DNA of 64,000 nucleotides from an uncultured Planctomycetales bacterium (GTDB lineage Bacteria; Omnitrophota; Gorgyraeia; Zapsychrales; JANLHA01): NCBI GenBank assembly GCA_964374105.1, contig CAYJXI010000006.1, positions 2,177 to 66,176 of the forward strand, read 5' to 3'. Shown piece by piece: positions 41,290 to 51,548 of this stretch (position 1 is its first letter; each line of letters starts with the position of its first letter). The notes under the pieces were generated by a model. It saw only the letters and a program-made list of their open reading frames with translations, ran no database searches and was not told where the DNA came from. The position numbers and the translations under genes were made by a program.

Positions 41290-42855
41290 TCAGTTAAATA
41301 GAAAACTCTTATCAAACAGATCACAATCGTCAAAGTGACTGCGGCCAATGAGTGTAATGGGGTGGTTTCCCCTTTGGCGCATAGATCCGACCGAAGAGAT
41401 CCCTGAAGAAAAGAAGATCAAAGGTTCTATGCGGTTTGAATTTTTCATAATCCCCCGGTCGTTAAAAACACTCTGTGTCTTCCCCGCCTGATAAGGAGCG
41501 ACCTCTAAGGTTTCATACGGAACGAGTTGATAAAAGTGCGGCTGGTTACTAATTTCTCGAGCGTCGATATGTTCAACCTGATGCCATCCGGATTGGATAC
41601 GCAAGACTAACCGCTTTTCTGGAAAAGATTCAGGAAGCCAGGTAGGAATCAATGGGGCAAGCGCCCAAGGATGGGAGATGGCTTCTTTGACCCTTTCTTT
41701 TTTTGGGGCAAAAAAATGATAACATCCGCAATTGTTCATGACATCGACAATCAGAGACTCTCCCCGGTTGTCTATCGTTAGGCGAACCGTCAAACCATCT
41801 AAGGATCCGCGTTCCAGCAAAGGCGCATAAGATCCACCTCGGCCTAAATACCAGATGACGTAATTGAGTTGCAAAACCGGTTGTTTATTAATAAAGGAAT
41901 AAGTGGTGTAGTAATAGACCGTTGGTTTTGTGAGGTCGATTGTGATTTTCCCATTTTGGAAGACTACCTCACCAAACCGATCATACGCACTCAATTCATC
42001 TTGGGAAAACACCGGGGCAAAGTTAGAGACGATTTGCTTTGTTTGGATCTCGCTTAACTCAGGGATGCCAAGTTCATTAGTTTTTAGGGGGCTAATTATT
42101 TGAGGGGTGAGGGTGTTTTTTTCAATATTCGACCCCTCATGAGCCCCTCGAGTAGAAAAACTCCCCGGGGGCTCAATTATTTCTTTGATATTATTGAGAT
42201 TGGGGAGGGTGTCTTCTTTAGGTCCATAGGATTTGATTTCGCCTCTTACCGGAATCTTATCTAGGGGTGTTATTAACTTTTTTATAAATTCATGACGGGC
42301 ACTGAGTGTGCCTTTCAGAATAGGCAGATAAAAAAGAGGATACACTCCTAAGGTACGCATAAGGCCGGAATATTCCCCTGGATCAACCACCGAGATTTTG
42401 AGGATTTTGTAAAAATTCTCTTTCTTTTTATCATTTTGTAATAATCTTTCCGAATAAAGCGATAATTGAGAAAGTAAAGTTTCTTTATTCACGGGTTCGC
42501 CCAATTGAAAACTCAAATTTTGAATCTCTAATGCAGAGAGATTCTGAATCTCTTTGCTTCGTTCTTCTAAGTCAAGCTTTCGCATCCATTCAACCCAAAG
42601 TTCGTTTTGGGAGGGGGTTGTTAATTGGTCCTTTAGGCCGATCAAAAATCGATTGGTCCGTAGATAGGGAAATCCAGGTACAGGAATATTGGCGGCATTG
42701 CCGACCCTGGCTTTCTTAATGACCTGGTCGAGTTCAAAATAGAACCGTTCATCATCATAGGGGCGGTGGGAATGAACAACAAACTGGTGAGTCTTCAAGC
42801 TAGTACAACCCCAAGTGCATGATAAAAAAAATATAAGAAAAATGACTTTTAACAT
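41290..42855 (-). CDS. Hypothetical lipoprotein
   Basis: Lipobox FFLSCTWGC. 521 aa. Confidence 0.45.
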   Translation of the reverse strand: MLKVIFLIFFLSCTWGCTSLKTHQFVVHSHRPYDDERFYFELDQVIKKARVGNAANIPVPGFPYLRTNRFLIGLKDQLTTPSQNELWVEWMRKLDLEERSKEIQNLSALEIQNLSFQLGEPVNKETLLSQLSLYSERLLQNDKKKENFYKILKISVVDPGEYSGLMRTLGVYPLFYLPILKGTLSARHEFIKKLITPLDKIPVRGEIKSYGPKEDTLPNLNNIKEIIEPPGSFSTRGAHEGSNIEKNTLTPQIISPLKTNELGIPELSEIQTKQIVSNFAPVFSQDELSAYDRFGEVVFQNGKITIDLTKPTVYYYTTYSFINKQPVLQLNYVIWYLGRGGSYAPLLERGSLDGLTVRLTIDNRGESLIVDVMNNCGCYHFFAPKKERVKEAISHPWALAPLIPTWLPESFPEKRLVLRIQSGWHQVEHIDAREISNQPHFYQLVPYETLEVAPYQAGKTQSVFNDRGIMKNSNRIEPLIFFSSGISSVGSMRQRGNHPITLIGRSHFDDCDLFDKSFLFN

Positions 42856-42965
42856 TTTGATTATAAGAAAATTTTAAGCGAGATTATTATACCGAGTCTT
42901 GGAATAGGGGACAAGCGGTGGATTGAGTGAATTCCTTATTCGTTTAGGATCCCTTTCGTAACTTC

Positions 42966-44417
42966 TTGTTTTGTGTTACAATCCACATCGTGAAGAAATT
43001 CCTGGTCTGCCTTTCAATTTTTTTAAGTCTTGTCCCTCATTTTGGCTGTGCCACACAACAACTCCCTTTTTATGTCGCTCCCAGCGAACTCCCCCATACA
43101 ACAAGAGAAATGAAAACCGCCGGTTTCTGGATCAACCGGCATCCTTCTTCTGATGAGATTGTCATGAATCCTCTGCAGATTGCTCAGTTCAATGCGTATA
43201 TTCAGAATGAATTGAAATTGACCAAAGATATCACGCAATTGCCGCAACGAATATCAGCGGCTGATTTAAAACCCAGTCTCGAAAACCAATGGCAAGATTT
43301 TAGAAGAAGAAATCTTTTTCGTTTTGATGGCACCAAGGCTTCAAATTCTTTTTTTGAAGAGATCAAAGTTAAAATGAATTGGGAAGACATCCCTGAAGAG
43401 ATCATTCCGCAATTTGGTTTTGTGGTTCATTATACCGATCAACGCCTTCTTCCCACTCAGGAAGGTTTGTCGGAAAAGCCTTTCGATATTGATTTTGATG
43501 AATTGCAAAACAGTGCGTTGGATATGGGAACACCGGTTGTTATCCTGCATCAAAGCCGAGATGGAGAATGGTATTATGTAGAATCCGAATCAAGTGATGG
43601 GTGGGTCAAAGTTGAAGATATTGTGCTCGGTGGAGCCAATCATGTGAGATATTTTCTTTCTGCGGTCGCTAATTCTTTTGTTGTGGTCGTGAAATCTAAA
43701 GCAGATATTTACCTTAATCCCGAACTCACGGAACATTATGACTATGCGCAGATGGGGACAAAATTCCCGCTTCAGGATACTATCAATCACCCAGAGGCAG
43801 AAGGAGAGGTGCTTCCCTACATCGATGACCCTGTTATTAGACCCATCATGATTCCCACACGAGACGGGGAGGGGAAACTAATTTTAGGAACAGGATATAT
43901 CCAAAGAAAGGATGTGAACGAGGGATTCCTTCCCTACACGCCACGTCATACAATCGAACAGGCCTTTGAGTTACTGAATGCCCCTTATGGTTGGGGAGGA
44001 ATGTACGGGGAACAGGATTGTTCCCGATTTTTGCAGGAGGTTTTTGCAACAGTAGGGATCAACCTTCCACGAAATTCGTCTGCCCAGGCTCAGGTTGGAG
44101 TTGCCTTAGCAAAGTTCGATCAAGATTCGCCCGAAGAACAAAAATTAAAAGTTCTCAAAGACGCCATTAGTGGGATAACGATCTTACCCATGAGAGGGCA
44201 CATCATGTTATTTCTCGGGGTTATGGGTGATCGCCCCTTTGCCATTCATGCCGCTTGGGCCTATCGAGAACCGAGTGGCTTAAAGGATCAGGTTCGGATT
44301 ATCAATCGTGTGGCGGTGACAGATCTATTTTTAGGGGAAGGCTCAGGAAAAGGTTCTCTCCTTCAAAGATTGAATGCGGTTGTTGTTCTGAAAAATTTTG
44401 TTAAATCACAGGAATAG
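42966..44417 (+). CDS. NlpC/P60 (C40) cell-wall peptidase with N-terminal SH3-like region
   Basis: Catalytic-Cys motif YGWGGMYGEQDCSRFLQEVFATVGINLPRNSSAQ. Downstream His (RGHIMLF, HAAWA). Confidence 0.6.
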   Translation: MFCVTIHIVKKFLVCLSIFLSLVPHFGCATQQLPFYVAPSELPHTTREMKTAGFWINRHPSSDEIVMNPLQIAQFNAYIQNELKLTKDITQLPQRISAADLKPSLENQWQDFRRRNLFRFDGTKASNSFFEEIKVKMNWEDIPEEIIPQFGFVVHYTDQRLLPTQEGLSEKPFDIDFDELQNSALDMGTPVVILHQSRDGEWYYVESESSDGWVKVEDIVLGGANHVRYFLSAVANSFVVVVKSKADIYLNPELTEHYDYAQMGTKFPLQDTINHPEAEGEVLPYIDDPVIRPIMIPTRDGEGKLILGTGYIQRKDVNEGFLPYTPRHTIEQAFELLNAPYGWGGMYGEQDCSRFLQEVFATVGINLPRNSSAQAQVGVALAKFDQDSPEEQKLKVLKDAISGITILPMRGHIMLFLGVMGDRPFAIHAAWAYREPSGLKDQVRIINRVAVTDLFLGEGSGKGSLLQRLNAVVVLKNFVKSQE

Positions 44418-44431
44418 AGGAAGATTAGATT

Positions 44432-45193
44432 TTGATAAAAATGTCAAAAAAATACTTTTTGATTTTGTTTATTCCAGTGATTATCTTGGGTAACAATGTG
44501 GCCTATTCAGAAAATGAAATCACAATCAATTTCGAAGGACGACAACAAAGAGTCACTTATGATTTGTACGTTCCTCCTAAGATTGGTGAAGAAAGGCGTT
44601 TACCAGTCCTTGTGTGCGTTGGAGGAATTCCTATGCAAGGGGATCAATACATTCAATCTGATACCCATGAATGTTATGACGAGGCATGGTTTAAGTTTGC
44701 TTATGAAAATCAATTGGCGATTCTTGGTTTAGGGTTTCTTTTTATCCCCGAGGACTGGCCAAAGAAGGCAAGTTACCAGTTCCCTAAGGCTTGGTCAGGC
44801 AAAGCCTTGTTTAAGGTTTTAAATTCTCTATCAAAGCAATTTAATATTAATCCAAAAGAATTATATTTGTTTGGTATCTCGGCAGGGGCTCAATATTCTG
44901 TTCGGATGGCTTTAGCTTATCCAGAGAAGGTTAAGGCCGTTGCTGCCCATGCCGCTGGCGGTTTTGACTGGCCGAAAGTTTATACCTCAACAAAATTTCT
45001 TTTGACGGTTGGGGAATTAGATGATGAGGAGATCACACGACTGCAGATGGCCAGACTATTTACAAAAATAGGAAGAAAGAAAGGCATTGACGTCCAACTC
45101 AAGGTCATTTCAAAACTTGGACACCGGCAGACGGAGAAACAGAATGAGATGTCGCGAGAGTTTTTCAAGAAAGTTATGGGGACTCAACCTTGA
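44432..45193 (+). CDS. Secreted alpha/beta-hydrolase (esterase / depolymerase-like)
   Basis: Signal peptide. GxSxG nucleophile elbow: LFGISAGAQYS. Confidence 0.55.
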   Translation: MIKMSKKYFLILFIPVIILGNNVAYSENEITINFEGRQQRVTYDLYVPPKIGEERRLPVLVCVGGIPMQGDQYIQSDTHECYDEAWFKFAYENQLAILGLGFLFIPEDWPKKASYQFPKAWSGKALFKVLNSLSKQFNINPKELYLFGISAGAQYSVRMALAYPEKVKAVAAHAAGGFDWPKVYTSTKFLLTVGELDDEEITRLQMARLFTKIGRKKGIDVQLKVISKLGHRQTEKQNEMSREFFKKVMGTQP

Positions 45194-45542
45194 AAAACGA
45201 AAAAAAATATGATATACATTTTTCGGTAGTTAGCTGCTCTTTAAAATGGTCTTCTTATTGATAAAGGTAAACTATTCGAAAGGATAGGGCACAAAGCTTA
45301 TCCCGACGTTTTCTTAAAAATAACAAGAGGAAGTCGGGACCCCGATGCCGACGATTCTGTCGGTACTCCGATCAAAAAGCGTCGGGGTAGAGCCTAAACC
45401 CTGTGCCATGGTCGGTTCAGGGTACGGTTGTCAGCTGCCAAAAAAGAGGAATGCCATTGATTCCTTGAAGAGTTATTTAAACGATAAAGCAAGCCCATTC
45501 TTTGAATAGAATGGGCTTTTTTATTTAACCAAGGAGGGTCCA

Positions 45543-46604
45543 ATGGGAAAGTTAAAAAAAATCATTAAACGTTATTGGCTGATTATCGTTCTTTTAGGAT
45601 TAGGTCTCATCTTTTTTACAAAAGAGCTCTTTGCCGCTCAGCTAGATGAGCAAGGGATTCAAGAGCTCAAGACTGAAATTCTAGATCTTGAACAGAGTGA
45701 TCCCAAACTGGCGGATGCTTTAAAGAAAGAGTTGATTGATGCCATCGCCAAAGGAGAGATCACCCTCCTTAAGCAAGGTGAGAATCTTGAAAATAAGGAT
45801 GCGCAGATGGGTGGTGATATTACGGTTGGGGAGCAAGTCAAGGATGTGATTTTGGAGGAATTGGATTTAACCACCCCCGATGGCCAGAAGATTGCTTTAG
45901 ATAAGTTGGCGCAAGAAAAAGATAATTTACTTAAAGAAGGATTCACCGAAGACGAACTTAAACTCATGGAGGAAAAAATCAAGGCAGGAGAAGCTCCCAG
46001 CGAGATTTTCGAAAGACATGCCCTTGAGCACGATCCAGAGAATTATGAAAATATAGAAAGAGTAGATTATCCAAGAACATTGGAAGAGATGGAAAAGATG
46101 TTTGTAGAAATCATGGGCCGTGAACCTAGTGCGGAAGAGCGGGAGATGATGGAGAAGGCCGAGGCCTCTATGGAGAGAAATCAGGAATATACCGCTGACC
46201 ATGAGTTCTCTTTGGCAGAGATGGAAAAAGAATTTGTCAACACCATGGGCCGGGGACCCACCGAACAAGAGATCGAACAAATGAAGGAAGTGGCCGAACG
46301 GATGAAGGAAGGGAACACTGACCATGACTTTTCTTTAGAAGGAATGGAAAGGGAATTCGTCAATACGATGGGCCGGGAACCCAACGAGCAAGAGGTAGAA
46401 CAAATGAAAGAAGTGGCCGAACGGATGGCGACAGAACATGAAGTCGTCGTGAGAGAAACAGAGGCTCCGGTCGTAGAGCGTGAGGCAGCCGTTGCCGAAC
46501 GGGAATGGACGCGGGAAGACATGGAAAGAGAAATGCAGAGAATGGACCGCGAACCAACGGAGCAGGAACGCCAGATGATGGAGCAATATTTAGCGGATCA
46601 TTAA
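45543..46604 (+). CDS. Membrane-anchored acidic protein with three tandem repeats of about 43 aa
   Basis: Repeats of the form DHEFSLxEMEKEFVNTMGRxPxEQExEQMKEVAERM at about 46060-46440. N-terminal hydrophobic anchor. Confidence 0.5.
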   Translation: MGKLKKIIKRYWLIIVLLGLGLIFFTKELFAAQLDEQGIQELKTEILDLEQSDPKLADALKKELIDAIAKGEITLLKQGENLENKDAQMGGDITVGEQVKDVILEELDLTTPDGQKIALDKLAQEKDNLLKEGFTEDELKLMEEKIKAGEAPSEIFERHALEHDPENYENIERVDYPRTLEEMEKMFVEIMGREPSAEEREMMEKAEASMERNQEYTADHEFSLAEMEKEFVNTMGRGPTEQEIEQMKEVAERMKEGNTDHDFSLEGMEREFVNTMGREPNEQEVEQMKEVAERMATEHEVVVRETEAPVVEREAAVAEREWTREDMEREMQRMDREPTEQERQMMEQYLADH

Positions 46605-46639
46605 TTTACTTTTGTAAAGAAATAGTCGATCAACCCATT

Positions 46640-46684
46640 AACCCCCCGGGATTGAATGAAAATCCCGGGGGGTTTAATTTTTCT
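46640..46684 (+). terminator. Rho-independent terminator
   Basis: AACCCCCCGGGATTgaatgaaAATCCCGGGGGGTT followed by TAATTTTTCTT. Confidence 0.75.
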
Positions 46685-46766
46685 TAATTTCTAGAAATTC
46701 TTTAATTTTCTTTCATTTCGTATCTTCTCCACCTAAAATTAAAAAGTAATCAAGTATTGTTGCGAT

Positions 46767-47849
46767 ATGCCAAAGAAAACTTTTATTAAGAAAGCCGGTG
46801 TTTCTTTTCTAAAGGCGCCTTTAGTTCAGCCATTTCGAACCGCTTTAGGAGACCATCGGCTTCTAGAGAATCTTTTATTTCATCTAGAGTTGGTGGATGG
46901 GACAACTGGTTTTGGCGAGGCGGCCATTGCCACGCACATTACGGGAGAGACTGTGGAAGAGACACAACGGAATTTGAAATCGATTGGGCGGGAATTTTGT
47001 GGGGAGGATATCACCAGTTTTCTTAAGATATCTCTTAAGCTAAAGGAAAAATTATCGAAAAACAAATCCGCTCTGGCCGCAGTGGAAATGGCCATGTTAG
47101 ATGCTCTCACAAAGTTTTTAAGAATTCCCCTCTGGAGATTTTTTGGCAATAAACCTCATCGGCTTCAATCCGATATCACCATTGTCCTGGCCAATCTTAA
47201 GGAGACCCAAGAGGCGGTGAAGAAATTTTATCAACTGGGCTTTCGGAAGTTTAAAGTTAAAATTGGGCGTGACCTGGATCTGGATTTTCAAAGGGTGGTG
47301 GCTGTCAAGAAATTAGCTAAAAGATGTGACCTCTATCTGGATGCCAATCAAGGATATACTGCTGAGGAGACCTTGGCATTTTTAAAATCATTGAAGCGAG
47401 TGGGTATTTATCCCTCTTTAATAGAACAGCCTGTGGCCAAGCAGGACTGGGAGGGACTTAAAAAGATAAGTCGGGAAACCCCAATTCCTGTCTGTGCGGA
47501 TGAAAGTGTACAATCGATCTCGGATACAATCAAACTCATACGAGAAAAGGCGGCTCAGGTGATTAATATTAAGTTGATGAAGACCGGTCTTTTCGAAGGC
47601 CGTCAGATCGCCCTTTTGGCGAAGTCCAAGGGCATTAAACTGATGATCGGAGGAATGCTCGAAACGTCTCTTTCCATGACAGCCTCAGCGCATCTGGCCT
47701 GCGGATTGGGATGTTTTGATTTTATTGATCTGGATACACCCTTCTTCATTAAAGGTGATTTTGAAAAGAATCCCTATTTATCTTCTTCTGGTAGTTATGA
47801 TTTAAAGAAAGTGAAAGCTGGTATTGGTATTATTTCCCCATATTCTTAA
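46767..47849 (+). CDS. Enolase-superfamily dipeptide epimerase (L-Ala-D/L-Glu epimerase / MR-MLE family)
   Basis: KVKIGRDLDLD (KxK motif), DANQGYT and MIGGMLET match the MR/MLE catalytic pattern. Confidence 0.7.
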   Translation: MPKKTFIKKAGVSFLKAPLVQPFRTALGDHRLLENLLFHLELVDGTTGFGEAAIATHITGETVEETQRNLKSIGREFCGEDITSFLKISLKLKEKLSKNKSALAAVEMAMLDALTKFLRIPLWRFFGNKPHRLQSDITIVLANLKETQEAVKKFYQLGFRKFKVKIGRDLDLDFQRVVAVKKLAKRCDLYLDANQGYTAEETLAFLKSLKRVGIYPSLIEQPVAKQDWEGLKKISRETPIPVCADESVQSISDTIKLIREKAAQVINIKLMKTGLFEGRQIALLAKSKGIKLMIGGMLETSLSMTASAHLACGLGCFDFIDLDTPFFIKGDFEKNPYLSSSGSYDLKKVKAGIGIISPYS

Positions 47850-49026
47850 GGCCATGATCCAAAATCCTCTTTTTATTGTCTTGATTTTGTTATTCATTGA
47901 GATCGCTGTCCTTTTCTTAGCCAGCAGAAATCAATTTAAAAAATACTTTCAATTTCTTCCTTCTGTCTTCTGGATTTATTTCTTACCGATGTTGATTTCC
48001 ACTTTGGGAATCATCGATGCCAAGAGTCCTATTTATCAGGTCATTTCGAACTATTTTCTTCCCACAAGTCTTTTGTTATTATTGATTCCCATTGATATAA
48101 AATCGATCTTGAGATTAGGAAAAGAGGCATTGCTCACATTTTTCATAGGGAGTTTGGGAATGATGGTTGGCACAATTACGGTCTTCTCTTTATTCAGGCA
48201 AAGACTGGGGGATGATTTTTGGGCTGGGTTTGCCTGCCTTTCTGCTTCTTGGACAGGAGGGAGTGCCAATATGATTGCGGTTAAAGAGGCCCTAGGGACG
48301 CCTGATTCTATTTTTCTCCCCATGGTTGTTGTGGACACAATTGTTCCTTATGTGTGGATGGCGATATTAGTGGGGGTATCTAGTTTTCAAATGTTTTATG
48401 ATCGATGGAATCAGTCCGAAAATAAGATTTTACAGCAATGGAAACAAAAAGGAAGCAGTTTATCTTCCAGCCATCGTTTAAAATTGAAAATCGTCCCGAC
48501 ATTTTTCATTTTATGTATTGGTTTTATGGGCGCCTCTTTTGCCAAACTGGCGGCGGGATTCTTACCGATGATCAAGGATGTCATTTCCCCCTACGCTTGG
48601 ACGATCATTCTTGTTTCCATCCTGGGGATTCTTCTTTCCTTGACTCCTTTGAGAAAATTAGAAAATTATGGGGTTTCCCGAATTGGATATTTCATCCTTT
48701 ATTTTGTATTGACCTCGATTGGCGCCAAGGCGAACTTAAGCCAACTTGGCTCAACATTCCTATTGATCATGGCAGGATTTTTGATTGTTTTCATTCATGC
48801 GGTTATTCTTTTGTTATTCTCGAGAATTTTTAAGATCCCGATGTTTCTTGTGGCGGTGGCCAGTCAGGCCAATATCGGGGGGGTGGCCTCTGCTCCGGTG
48901 GTAGCGGAAATTTATCAACCCGGGCTTGCCTCGGTGGGATTACTTTTGGCGATTTTAGGGAATATTGTGGGAACTTACTTTGGGATTGTAAGCGGACAAC
49001 TGTGTTATTTTTTGACAAAAATTTAG
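47824..49026 (+). CDS. Polytopic membrane protein (DUF819-like putative transporter). It overlaps the epimerase gene by 26 nt
   Basis: About 10 predicted TM helices. DUF819 family members commonly pair with dipeptide epimerases. Confidence 0.5.
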   Translation: MVLFPHILKAMIQNPLFIVLILLFIEIAVLFLASRNQFKKYFQFLPSVFWIYFLPMLISTLGIIDAKSPIYQVISNYFLPTSLLLLLIPIDIKSILRLGKEALLTFFIGSLGMMVGTITVFSLFRQRLGDDFWAGFACLSASWTGGSANMIAVKEALGTPDSIFLPMVVVDTIVPYVWMAILVGVSSFQMFYDRWNQSENKILQQWKQKGSSLSSSHRLKLKIVPTFFILCIGFMGASFAKLAAGFLPMIKDVISPYAWTIILVSILGILLSLTPLRKLENYGVSRIGYFILYFVLTSIGAKANLSQLGSTFLLIMAGFLIVFIHAVILLLFSRIFKIPMFLVAVASQANIGGVASAPVVAEIYQPGLASVGLLLAILGNIVGTYFGIVSGQLCYFLTKI

Positions 49027-49031
49027 ACAAA

Positions 49032-49062
49032 GGTTATCCCGCCATGGCGGGATAACCTTTTA
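49032..49062. terminator. Bidirectional terminator hairpin between convergent genes
   Basis: GGTTATCCCGCCatggCGGGATAACC followed by TTTT. Confidence 0.7.
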
Positions 49063-49362
49063 AAAGATTTTTACGCCGAATTTCCTTTTAATCCAATAAT
49101 ACACCATGAGATTAATTCGATACTCTCGGATTCCATAGCAAACGCTCAAGACTATTACCAAATAGACGATCAGCCAGGCCGCCACGTGGCCGTATCGGAA
49201 AATCATATTTGTTATTAAAATAGGCAAGAAAAAAGTTGTCAGAAGTAATAAAATAAAAATAACAAATGCAATAAAATTTCCTGTGAGAGCTTTTGATTTC
49301 ATCAAAGTCACCTCTTTTCGCTTAGGGATTTCTTCCTTAAAATAAGGCAAACATCTTAACAT
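49060..49362 (-). CDS. Small two-TM membrane protein
   Basis: 100-aa ORF with two hydrophobic helices. Confidence 0.35.
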   Translation of the reverse strand: MLRCLPYFKEEIPKRKEVTLMKSKALTGNFIAFVIFILLLLTTFFLPILITNMIFRYGHVAAWLIVYLVIVLSVCYGIREYRINLMVYYWIKRKFGVKIF

Positions 49363-49401
49363 GATAGAGAATTCCCGTCAATATCACAAAGGAGGTCAAA
49401 C

Positions 49402-50940
49402 ATGGACATGGTAAAAATCTGCTTTTTTATCATTCTATTTATGATCGGTGTCCCGGAAGGGTTGTGGGCAGATTCCCTGGCGGAATCCATCCAAAATAAC
49501 GATACGAAAGCTGTGCGAAAATTTCTTAAACAAAATCCTCAACTGATTAAAGAATCTGACTCAAATGGGAATCTTCCTATCCACAACACCGCAGAATTGT
49601 GCAATCGTCCTATCACGGAACTCTTGATTCATGCTGGATCCGATATCAATGCCTGGGATGAGTATGATCGCACCCCTTTATTTAAGGCGGTTAAAAATTG
49701 TCCTACGGAGTTTATTCAATGGATGATTGAGAAAGGGGCCGATGTTAAGGCTAAGACCACCGAAGACCATTGGACGCCGATCCATGCGGCTGTCACCCGT
49801 CGTGATAATGAAAGCGTTGTTGAGCTCCTGCTTCATAAAGGGGCTGATATCAATGCAAAGACATTGTATCATGAAACAACACCGTTAACTTGGGCGATAC
49901 GAAATGGCAATGAATCCATGGCTCAATTCCTGATTCAAAAAGGTGCGGATGTCAACAGTGGTTTTCCACTGCTGGAAGCTATTGAAATGAAGAAAAAAGA
50001 ACTCGTTGCCTATTTAATTGAGAAGGGTGCAGAGGTCAATTTAACGAACCCTCGGAGTTATCCTACTCCTTTACAAAAGGCTGCTCATAAGGGTGATCTT
50101 GGAATCGTTAAACTTATGGTTGAAAAAGGGGCCCAGATTAATTCAGAAGAAACCGGGCTAACTGCCTTAGGTGTAGCTGCTTCTAGCGGTCATGAGGAGA
50201 TTGTTCAATTTCTCATTGATCAGGGGGCTCATATTATGCCTTCTTCTTCAAAACACACAAGTCCTTTGTATCTGGCAGCCGTAGGGGGACATCTTAAAGT
50301 CGTCAAATTGCTTATTCAACAGGGGGCCAACGTAAATACAAGTGAGCCTATCAATGCATCAACCGCTTTGAGTAGCAGCCTCTGGGGAGGACACAAAGAG
50401 GTGGCTGAATATTTGGTATCGCAAGGAGCGCAACCCAATCTTTTTGACCTGGCTATGTTGGGGGATGTCGAAGAACTTAAGTCATTCCCTAAAATCAAGG
50501 AGTCCATCAATGATAAGGATTATTTAGGAAATACATTGTTGCATGCGGCCTCCAGGCATGGACAAACAGAAACGGTTAAATTTTTGATTGACCTGGGAGC
50601 CGATGTCAATGCCAAAACGGATGGTGTTGAGGATACGCCTTTACACTATGCTGTTCAATGGGGACAAATAGAGGTAGCGCAGCTTCTTATCGAGAAAGGT
50701 GCCGATATCAACGCCAAACGAGCAATGAGTTTATATTGGCAGTCAGGATATACACCTTTACATAGCGCAGTTGAAAAAGGAGATAAAGCAATGGTGGAAA
50801 TCCTTATTCAAAACGGTGCCGACGTTAATGTGAAAAACGGCTATAATGCGTCCGCATTAAGTATGGCGGTAGAAATGAACCAACAAGAAATCGCTGAACT
50901 TTTTAAAAAAGCGGGAGCTAAAAACGGCTTTGAATATTAA
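49402..50940 (+). CDS. Secreted ankyrin-repeat protein (at least 12 ANK repeats)
   Basis: Signal peptide. Repeated ...G(A/S)D(V/I)NAK...TPLH(Y/S)A... units. Confidence 0.75.
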   Translation: MDMVKICFFIILFMIGVPEGLWADSLAESIQNNDTKAVRKFLKQNPQLIKESDSNGNLPIHNTAELCNRPITELLIHAGSDINAWDEYDRTPLFKAVKNCPTEFIQWMIEKGADVKAKTTEDHWTPIHAAVTRRDNESVVELLLHKGADINAKTLYHETTPLTWAIRNGNESMAQFLIQKGADVNSGFPLLEAIEMKKKELVAYLIEKGAEVNLTNPRSYPTPLQKAAHKGDLGIVKLMVEKGAQINSEETGLTALGVAASSGHEEIVQFLIDQGAHIMPSSSKHTSPLYLAAVGGHLKVVKLLIQQGANVNTSEPINASTALSSSLWGGHKEVAEYLVSQGAQPNLFDLAMLGDVEELKSFPKIKESINDKDYLGNTLLHAASRHGQTETVKFLIDLGADVNAKTDGVEDTPLHYAVQWGQIEVAQLLIEKGADINAKRAMSLYWQSGYTPLHSAVEKGDKAMVEILIQNGADVNVKNGYNASALSMAVEMNQQEIAELFKKAGAKNGFEY

Positions 50941-51063
50941 GTTTTATATTAATTTTCTTTGTTAAAAAGTATCATCTTAAGAAAATATCCTTGCCAGGCA
51001 TGAAGCTCGTATATATAATACTTTTCTTAAATGGAGGTATTCATTCTGAAGGAGGATCATGCG

Positions 51064-51384
51064 ATGAGTGTTGTTATCTTAACCACACAGAATTTTGCAG
51101 ATGAGGTCATAAATTCCTCTATCCCAGTTTTGGTTGACTTTTGGGCCGAATGGTGCGGCCCTTGCCGGGTGATCAGCCCCATTGTTGATGAAATCGCCAA
51201 TGACCTCAACGGACAATTGAAGGTCGGCAAGGTTAACGTCGATAATGAACAAGAACTTGCTGCCAAGCACAATATCATGTCAATCCCAACACTTCTTATC
51301 TTCAAGCAGGGCCAGGTGGTTGAACAAATCGTTGGTGCTATGCCTAAAGAACGTCTGCTTTCGAAAATTAAGGCAAAATTGTAA
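51064..51384 (+). CDS. trxA: Thioredoxin
   Basis: WAEWCGPCR active site. 107 aa. GGAGG RBS at 51051. Confidence 0.85.
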   Translation: MSVVILTTQNFADEVINSSIPVLVDFWAEWCGPCRVISPIVDEIANDLNGQLKVGKVNVDNEQELAAKHNIMSIPTLLIFKQGQVVEQIVGAMPKERLLSKIKAKL

Positions 51385-51408
51385 ATTGAGCTTTCAGTTT
51401 TCAGTCAT

Positions 51409-51548
51409 CCCTGCCTGACGGTAGGCCCCGTAGAATCCCGAAAGGACTTGTACGGGGCAGGCAGGAGCTTTCAGTCATCCGCTATCAGAACTCAGTAAGA
51501 GAAATAAGACCTTACTTATAACTCTCTGATTTCTGAGAGCTGATAGCT
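51409..51548 (+). other. Two long imperfect hairpins between trxA and panD, with the direct repeat GAGCTTTCAGT at 51388 and 51466
   Basis: Hairpin 1 pairs CCTGCCTG...GCCCCGTA with TACGGGGC...CAGGCAGG (51409-51465). Hairpin 2 pairs GCTATCAGAACTCAG with CTGAGAGCTGATAGC (51481-51548). Confidence 0.6.
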
